Shown piece by piece: positions 54,901-64,000 of a stretch of 64,000 nucleotides of DNA. The first letter of the stretch is position 1. Each line of letters starts with the position of its first letter. The notes under the pieces were generated by a model, which saw only the letters and a list, made by a program, of their open reading frames with translations, ran no database searches and had not been told where the DNA came from. A program made the translations under genes and the position numbers. The stretch comes from Eledone cirrhosa (lineage: Eukaryota): the NCBI GenBank assembly GCA_964016885.1, contig OZ024742.1:114886001-114950000 (forward strand), in the 5' to 3' direction.

Positions 54901-57900
54901 GCATAATCAGCTCCTGATTATTTACTAGATTTCTATAAGAATATAACAGCATTGATATGAGTAGACAGGTGGGGTAGTTGGCCTTGATAAGCTTCAACCA
55001 CAGCGAAACATGCCATGTCGGCTTATCTACCCTGTTTGCTGAGATCAAAGTGAGTGAATTTGTCACTACTTTAAAACAATAGCTTACGGTCTTCAAAATG
55101 CTTTTAATTAAGCATAAAGTGTATTGCAAAATACATTATACATACATCCATATATATATTGCTATTTCAGAGCTACAATTCTAATTTTTAATTTCTGCCT
55201 GACCAACAACCGCTCTGCATAATCAGCTCCTGATTATTTACTAGATTTCTATAAGAATATAACAGCATTGATATGAGTAGACAGGTGGGGTAGTTGGCCT
55301 TGATAAGCTTCAACAAAAGCGAAATATGTCATGTCGGCTTATCTCCCCTGTTTGCTGAGATCAAAGTGAGTGAATTTGTCACTACTTTAAAACAATAGCT
55401 TACGGTCTTCAAAATGCTTTTAATTATGCATAAAGTATATTGCAAAATACATTATATATACATCCATATATATATTGCTATTTCAGAGCTCCAATTCTAA
55501 TTTTTTAATTTCTGCCTGACCAACAACCGCTCTGCATAATCAGCTCCTGATTATTTACTAGATTTCTATAAGAATATAACATCATTGATCTCAGTAGACA
55601 GGTGGGGTAGTTGGCCTTGATAAGCTTCAACCAAATTGAAACATGTCATGTCGGCTTATCTCCCCTGTTTGCAGACATCAAAGTGAGTGAATTTGTCACT
55701 ACTTTAAAACAATAGCTTACGGTCTTCAAAATGCTTTTAATTATGCATAAAGTATATTGCAAAATACATTATATATACATCCATATATATATATTGCTAT
55801 TTCAGAGCTCCAATTCTAATTTTTAATTTTTGCCTGACCAACAACCACTCTGCATAATCAGCTCCGGATTATTTACTAGATTTCTATAAGAATATAACAT
55901 CATTGATCTCAGTAGACAGGTGGGTTAGTTGGCCTTGAAAAGCTTCAACCAAAGCGAAACATGTCATGTCGGCTTATTTCTCCTGTTTGCTGAGATCAAA
56001 GTGTGTGAATGTGTCACTACTTTAAAACAATAGCTTACGGTCTTCAAAATTATTTTAATTAAGCATAAAGTGTATTGCAAAATACATTATATATACATCC
56101 ATATATATATTGCTATTTCAGAGCTCCAATTCTAATTTTTAATATCTGCCTGACCAACAACCGCTCTGCATAATCAGCTCCTGATTATTTACTAGATTTC
56201 TATAAGAATATAACATCATTGATCTCAGTAGACAGGTGGGGTAGTTGCCCTTGATAAGCTTCAACCAAATTGAAACATGTCATGTCGGCTTATCTCCCCT
56301 GTTTGCTGAGATCAAAGTGAGTGAATTTGTCACTCCTTTAAAACAATAGCTTACGGTGTTCAAAATGCTTTTAATTAAGCGTAAAGTGTATTGCAAAATA
56401 CATTATATATACATCCATATATATATATTGCTATTTCAGAGCTCCAATTCTAATTTTTAATTTCTGCCTGACCAACAACTGCTCTGCATAATCAGCTCCT
56501 GATTATTTACTAGATTTCTATAAGAATATAACAGCATTGATATGAGTAGACAGGTGGGGTAGTTGGCCTTGATAAGCTTCAACCACAGCGAAACATGCCA
56601 TGTCGGCTTATCTACCCTGTTTGCTGAGATCAAAGTGAGTGAATTTGTCACTACTTTAAAACAATAGCTTACGGTCTTCAAAATGCTTTTAATTAAGCAT
56701 AAAGTGTATTGCAAAATACATTATACATACATCCATATATATATTGCTATTTCAGAGCTACAATTCTAATTTTTAATTTCTGCTTGACCAACAACCGCTC
56801 TGCATAATCAGCTCCTGATTATTTACTAGATTTCTATAAGAATATAACAGCATTGATATGAGTAGACAGGTGGGGTAGTTGGCCTTGATAAGCTTCAACC
56901 AAAGCGAAACATGTTATGTCGGTTTATCTCCCCTGTTTGCTGAGATCAAAGTGAGTGAATTTGTCACTACTTTAAAACAATAGCTTACGGTCTTCAACAT
57001 GCTTTTAATTAAGCATAAAGTGTATTGCAAAATACATTATATATAAATCCATATATATATTGCTATTTCAGAGCTCCAATTCTAATTTTTAATTTCTGCC
57101 TGACCAACAACCGCTCTGCATAATCAGCTCCTGATTATTTACTAGATTTCTATAACAATATAACATCATTGATCTCAGTAGACAGGTGGGGTAGTTGGCC
57201 TTGATAAGCTTCAACAAAAGCGAAATATGTCATGTCGGCTTATCTCCCCTGTTTGCTGAGATCAAAGTGAGTGAATTTGTCACTACTTTAAAACAATAGC
57301 TTACGGTCTTCAAAATGCTTTTAATTATGCATAAAGTGTATTGCAAAATACATTATATATACATCCATATATATATTGCTATTTCAGAGCTCCAATTCTA
57401 ATTTTTTAATTTCTGCCTGACCAACAACCGCTCTGCATAATCAGCTCCTGATTATTTACTAGATTTCTATAAGAATATAACATCATTGATCTCAGTAGAC
57501 AGGTGGGGTAGTTGGCCTTGATAAGCTTCAACCAAATTGAAACATGTCATGTCGGCTTATCTCCCCTGTTTGCAGACATCAAAGTGAGTGAATTTGTCAC
57601 TACTTTAAAACAATAGCTTACGGTCTTCAAAATGCTTTTAATTATGCATAAAGTATATTGCAAAATACATTATATATACATCCATATATATATATTGCTA
57701 TTTCAGAGCTCCAATTCTAATTTTTAATTTTTGCCTGACCAACAACCACTCTGCATAATCAGCTCCTGATTATTTACTAGATTTCTATAAGAATATAACA
57801 GCATTGATATGAGTAGACAGGTGGGGTAGTTGGCCTTGATAAGCTTCAACCACAGCGAAACATGCCATGTCGGCTTATCTACCCTGTTTGCTGAGATCAA

Positions 57901-60900
57901 AGTGAGTGAATTTGTCACTACTTTAAAACAATAGCTTACGGTCTTCAAAATGCTTTTAATTAAGCATAAAGTGTATTGCAAAATACATTATACATACATC
58001 CATATATATATTGCTATTTCAGAGCTACAATTCTAATTTTTAATTTCTGCCTGACCAACAACCGCTCTGCATAATCAGCTCCTGATTATTTACTAGATTT
58101 CTATAAGAATATAACAGCATTGATATGAGTAGACAGGTGGGGTAGTTGGCCTTGATAAGCTTCAACAAAAGCGAAATATGTCATGTCGGCTTATCTCCCC
58201 TGTTTGCTGAGATCAAAGTGAGTGAATTTGTCACTACTTTAAAACAATAGCTTACGGTCTTCAAAATGCTTTTAATTATGCATAAAGTATATTGCAAAAT
58301 ACATTATATATACATCCATATATATATTGCTATTTCAGAGCTCCAATTCTAATTTTTTAATTTCTGCCTGACCAACAACCGCTCTGCATAATCAGCTCCT
58401 GATTATTTACTAGATTTCTATAAGAATATAACATCATTGATCTCAGTAGACAGGTGGGGTAGTTGGCCTTGATAAGCTTCAACCAAATTGAAGCATGTCA
58501 TGTCGGCTTATCTCCCCTGTTTGCAGACATCAAAGTGAGTGAATTTGTCACTACTTTAAAACAATAGCTTACGGTCTTCAAAATGCTTTTAATTATGCAT
58601 AAAGTATATTGCAAAATACATTATATATACATCCATATATATATATTGCTATTTCAGAGCTCCAATTCTAATTTTTAATTTTTGCCTGACCAACAACCAC
58701 TCTGCATAATCAGCTCCGGATTATTTACTAGATTTCTATAAGAATATAACATCATTGATCTCAGTAGACAGGTGGGTTAGTTGGCCTTGAAAAGCTTCAA
58801 CCAAAGCGAAACATGTCATGTCGGCTTATTTCTCCTGTTTGCTGAGATCAAAGTGTGTGAATGTGTCACTACTTTAAAACAATAGCTTACGGTCTTCAAA
58901 ATTATTTTAATTAAGCATAAAGTGTATTGCAAAATACATTATATATACATCCATATATATATTGCTATTTCAGAGCTCCAATTCTAATTTTTAATATCTG
59001 CCTGACCAACAACCGCTCTGCATAATCAGCTCCTGATTATTTACTAGATTTCTATAAGAATATAACATCATTGATCTCAGTAGACAGGTGGGGTAGTTGC
59101 CCTTGATAAGCTTCAACCAAATTGAAACATGTCATGTCGGCTTATCTCCCCTGTTTGCTGAGATCAAAGTGAGTGAATTTGTCACTCCTTTAAAACAATA
59201 GCTTACGGTGTTCAAAATGCTTTTAATTAAGCGTAAAGTGTATTGCAAAATACATTATATATACATCCATATATATATATTGCTATTTCAGAGCTCCAAT
59301 TCTAATTTTTAATTTCTGCCTGACCAACAACTGCTCTGCATAATCAGCTCCTGATTATTTACTAGATTTCTATAAGAATATAACAGCATTGATATGAGTA
59401 GACAGGTGGGGTAGTTGGCCTTGATAAGCTTCAACCACAGCGAAACATGCCATGTCGGCTTATCTACCCTGTTTGCTGAGATCAAAGTGAGTGAATTTGT
59501 CACTACTTTAAAACAATAGCTTACGGTCTTCAAAATGCTTTTAATTAAGCATAAAGTGTATTGCAAAATACATTATACATACATCCATATATATATTGCT
59601 ATTTCAGAGCTACAATTCTAATTTTTAATTTCTGCCTGACCAACAACCGCTCTGCATAATCAGCTCCTGATTATTTACTAGATTTCTATAAGAATATAAC
59701 AGCATTGATATGAGTAGACAGGTGGGGTAGTTGGCCTTGATAAGCTTCAACCAAAGCGAAACATGTTATGTCGGTTTATCTCCCCTGTTTGCTGAGATCA
59801 AAGTGAGTGAATTTGTCACTACTTTAAAACAATAGCTTACGGTCTTCAACATGCTTTTAATTAAGCATAAAGTGTATTGCAAAATACATTATATATACAT
59901 CCATATATATATTGCTATTTCAGAGCTCCAATTCTAATTTTTAATTTCTGCCTGACCAACAACCGCTCTGCATAATCAGCTCCTGATTATTTACTAGATT
60001 TCTATAACAATATAACATCATTGATCTCAGTAGACAGGTGGGGTAGTTGGCCTTGATAAGCTTCAACAAAAGCGAAATATGTCATGTCGGCTTATCTCCC
60101 CTGTTTGCTGAGATCAAAGTGAGTGAATTTGTCACTACTTTAAAACAATAGCTTACGGTCTTCAAAATGCTTTTAATTATGCATAAAGTGTATTGCAAAA
60201 TACATTATATATACATCCATATATATATTGCTATTTCAGAGCTCCAATTCTAATTTTTAATATCTGCCTGACCAACAACCGCTCTGCATAATCAGCTCCT
60301 GATTATTTACTAGATTTCTATAAGAATATAACATCATTGATCTCAGTAGACAGTTGGGGTAGTTGGCCTTGATAAGCTTCAACCAAAATGAAACATGTCA
60401 TGTCGGCTTATCTCCCCTGTTTGCTGAGATCAAAGTGAGTGAATTTGTCACTACTTTAAAACAATAGCTTACGGTCTTCAAAATGCTTTTAATTATGCAT
60501 AAAGTATATTGCAAAATACATTATATATACATCCATATATATATATTGCTATTTCAGAGCTCCAATTCTAATTTTTAATTTTTGCCTGACCAACAACCAC
60601 TCTGCATAATCAGCTCCTGATTATTTACTAGATTTCTATAAGAATATAACATCATTGATCTCAGTAGACAGGTGGGTTAGTTGGCCTTGAAAAGCTTCAA
60701 CCAAAGCGAAACATGTCATGTCGGCTTATCTCTCCTGTTTGCTGAGATCAAAGTGAGTGAATTTGTCACTACTTTAAAACAATAGCTTACGGTCTTCAAA
60801 ATGCTTTTAATTAAGCATAAAGTGTATTGCAAAATACATTATATATACATCCATATATATATTGCTATTTCAGAGGTCCAATTCTAATTTTTTATTTCTG

Positions 60901-63900
60901 CCTGACCAACAACCGCTCTGCATAATCAGCTCCTGATTATTTACTAGATTTCTATAAGAATATAACATCATTGATCTCAGTAGACAGGTGGGGTAGTTGG
61001 CCTTCATAAGCTTCAACCAAAGCGAAACATGTTGTGTCGGCTTATCTCCCCTGTTTGCTGAGATCAAAGTGAGTGAATTTGTCACTACTTTAAAACAATA
61101 GCTTACGGTCTTCAAAATGCTTTTAATTAAGCATAAAGTGTATTGCAAAATACATTATATATACATTCATATATATATTGCTATTTCAGAGCTCCAATTC
61201 TAATTTTTAATATCTGCCTGACCAACAACCGCTCTGCATAATCAGCTCCTGATTATTTACTAGATTTCTATAAGAATATAACATCATTGATCTCAGTAGA
61301 CAGGTGGGGTAGTTGGCCTTGATAAGCTTCAACCAAATTGAAACATGTCATGTCGGCTTATCTCCCCTGTTTGCAGAGATCAAAGTGAGTGAATTTGTCA
61401 CTACTTTAAAACAATAGCTTACGGTCTTCAAAATGCTTTTAATTATGCATAAAGTGTATTGCAAAATACATTATACATACATCCATATATATATTGCTAT
61501 TTCAGAGCTCCAATTCTAATTTTTAAATTTCTGCCTTACCAACAACCGCTCTGCATAATCAGCTCCTGATTATTTACTAGATTTCTATAAGAATATAACA
61601 TCATTGATCTCAGTAGACAGGTGGGTTAGTTGGCCTTGATAAGCTTCAACCAAAGCGAAACATGTCATGTCGGCTTATCTCTCCTGTTTGCTGAGATCAA
61701 AGTGAGTGAATTTGTCACTACTTTAAAACAATAGCTTACGGTCTTCAAAATGCTTTTAATTAAGCATAAAGTGTATTGCAAAATACATTATATATACATC
61801 CATATATATATTGCTATTTCAGAGGTCCAATTCTAATTTTTTATTTCTGCCTGACCAACAACCGCTCTGCATAATCAGCTCCTGATTATTTACTAGATTT
61901 CTATATTAATATAACATCATTGATCTCAGTAGACAGGTGGGGTAGTTGGCCTTCATAAGCTTCAACCAAAGCGAAACATGTTATGTCGGCTTATCTCCCC
62001 TGTTTGCTGAGATCAAAGTGAGTGAATTTGTCACTACTTTAAAACAATAGCTTACGGTCTTCAAAATGCTTTTAATTATGCATAAAGTATATTGCAAAAT
62101 ACATTATATATACATCCATATATATATTGCTATTTCAGAGCTCCAATTCTAATTTTTTAATTTCTGCCTGACCAACAACCGCTCTGCATAATCAGCTCCT
62201 GATTATTTACTAGATTTCTATAAGAATATAACATCATTGATCTCAGTAGACAGGTGGGGTAGTTGGCCTTGATAAGCTTCAACCAAATTGAAACATGTCA
62301 TGTCGGCTTATCTCCTCTGTTTGCAGACATCAAAGTGAGTGAATTTGTCACTACTTTAAAACAATAGCTTACGGTCTTCAAAATGCTTTTAATTATGCAT
62401 AAAGTATATTGCAAAATACATTATATATACATCCATATATATATATTGCTATTTCAGAGCTCCAATTCTAATTTTTAATTTTTGCCTGACCAACAACCAC
62501 TCTGCATAATCAGCTCCTGATTATTTACTAGATTTCTATAAGAATATAACAGCATTGATATGAGTAGACAGGTGGGGTAGTTGGCCTTGATAAGCTTCAA
62601 CCACAGCGAAACATGCCATGTCGGCTTATCTACCCTGTTTGCTGAGATCAAAGTGAGTGAATTTGTCACTACTTTAAAACAATAGCTTACGGTCTTCAAA
62701 ATGCTTTTAATTAAGCATAAAGTGTATTGCAAAATACATTATACATACATCCATATATATATTGCTATTTCAGAGCTACAATTCTAATTTTTAATTTCTG
62801 CCTGACCAACAACCGCTCTGCATAATCAGCTCCTGATTATTTACTAGATTTCTATAAGAATATAACAGCATTGATATGAGTAGACAGGTGGGGTAGTTGG
62901 CCTTGATAAGCTTCAACCAAAGCGAAACATGTTATGTCGGTTTATCTCCCCTGTTTGCTGAGATCAAAGTGAGTGAATTTGTCACTACTTTAAAACAATA
63001 GCTTACGGTCTTCAAAATGCTTTTAATTAAGCATAAAGTGTATTGCAAAATACATTATATATACATCCATATATATATTGCTATTTCAGAGGTCCAATTC
63101 TAATTTTTTATTTCTGCCTGACCAACAACCGCTCTGCATAATCAGCTCCTGATTATTTACTAGATTTCTATATTAATATAACATCATTGATCTCAGTAGA
63201 CAGGTGGGGTAGTTGGCCTTCATAAGCTTCAACCAAAGCGAAACATGTTATGTCGGCTTATCTCCCCTGTTTGCTGAGATCAAAGTGAGTGAATTTGTCA
63301 CTACTTTAAAACAATAGCTTACGGTCTTCAAAATGCTTTTAATTATGCATAAAGTATATTGCAAAATACATTATATATACATCCATATATATATTGCTAT
63401 TTCAGAGCTCCAATTCTAATTTTTTAATTTCTGCCTGACCAACAACCGCTCTGCATAATCAGCTCCTGATTATTTACTAGATTTCTATAAGAATATAACA
63501 TCATTGATCTCAGTAGACAGGTGGGGTAGTTGGCCTTGATAAGCTTCAACCAAATTGAAACATGTCATGTCGGCTTATCTCCTCTGTTTGCAGACATCAA
63601 AGTGAGTGAATTTGTCACTACTTTAAAACAATAGCTTACGGTCTTCAAAATGCTTTTAATTATGCATAAAGTATATTGCAAAATACATTATATATACATC
63701 CATATATATATATTGCTATTTCAGAGCTCCAATTCTAATTTTTAATTTTTGCCTGACCAACAACCACTCTGCATAATCAGCTCCTGATTATTTACTAGAT
63801 TTCTATAAGAATATAACAGCATTGATATGAGTAGACAGGTGGGGTAGTTGGCCTTGATAAGCTTCAACCACAGCGAAACATGCCATGTCGGCTTATCTAC

Positions 63901-64000
63901 CCTGTTTGCTGAGATCAAAGTGAGTGAATTTGTCACTACTTTAAAACAATAGCTTACGGTCTTCAAAATGCTTTTAATTAAGCATAAAGTGTATTGCAAA
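36971..64000 (+). repeat. ~317-bp tandem satellite (~85 monomers, continues beyond the window) with higher-order repeats; each monomer carries a hammerhead ribozyme (retrozyme-like)
   Basis: TATCTCCCCTGTTTG-type motif recurs at 36971, 37287, 37604, 37919... Variant-specific ORFs recur at offsets 1267, 1585, 1900, 3166, 4119, 6335 and 14889 bp, all multiples of ~316.7. Confidence 0.98.
40380..40476 (+). ncRNA. Representative satellite type I hammerhead ribozyme (U3-A8 variant); predicted cleavage between 40447 and 40448
   Basis: ...AGACAGGTGGGTTA-GTT-GGCC | TTGATAA | GCTT-CAACCA-AAGC | GAAA CAT-GTC-ATGT C^ | GGCT TATCTCTCCTGTTT... Stem I is extended by TTGATCTCAG/CTGAGATCAA. Confidence 0.88.

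Noticed and set aside
38085-63999. Recurrent 85/92-aa minus-strand ORFs in the satellite (MQYTLCLIK...)
   Set aside because: They start at TTG, not ATG, are open only in a subset of monomer variants and show no recognisable domain. The structural signal (G-U pairs, ribozyme) is on the + strand.
36971-64000. CRISPR array or tandem tRNA/5S/snRNA gene cluster
   Set aside because: No unique spacers and a eukaryotic context. No tRNA cloverleaf, Pol III A/B boxes or snRNA sequence recognisable in the monomer.
36971-64000. Calling the satellite centromeric
   Set aside because: Higher-order structure and a roughly dinucleosome-sized unit are suggestive only; sequence alone cannot show centromere function.

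Overview
Eukaryotic, gene-free, repeat-dense window. It is probably from an octopod cephalopod; this is an inference from recognisable SINE families and the (TA)n density. The first ~27 kb is a pile-up of at least five distinct Penelope-like retroelement (PLE) families (RT + C-terminal GIY-YIG endonuclease, pseudo-LTRs, fold-back inversions). Most are inserted into (TA)n microsatellites and many carry type I hammerhead ribozyme (HHR) motifs. 27-37 kb holds decayed Tx1/L1 and RTE LINE fragments and SINEs. From 36971 to the window end (>27 kb, ~85 monomers) runs a ~317-bp tandem satellite with higher-order structure. The main observation is that every satellite monomer encodes a type I hammerhead ribozyme on the + strand, with a compensatory U3-A8 core, a long bulged stem I and a branched rod-like fold. 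The array also begins 4 nt from the predicted self-cleavage site. It looks like a non-LTR retrozyme (HHR circRNA-type element) expanded into a large satellite next to the PLEs that could mobilise it. No host protein-coding exon could be supported.
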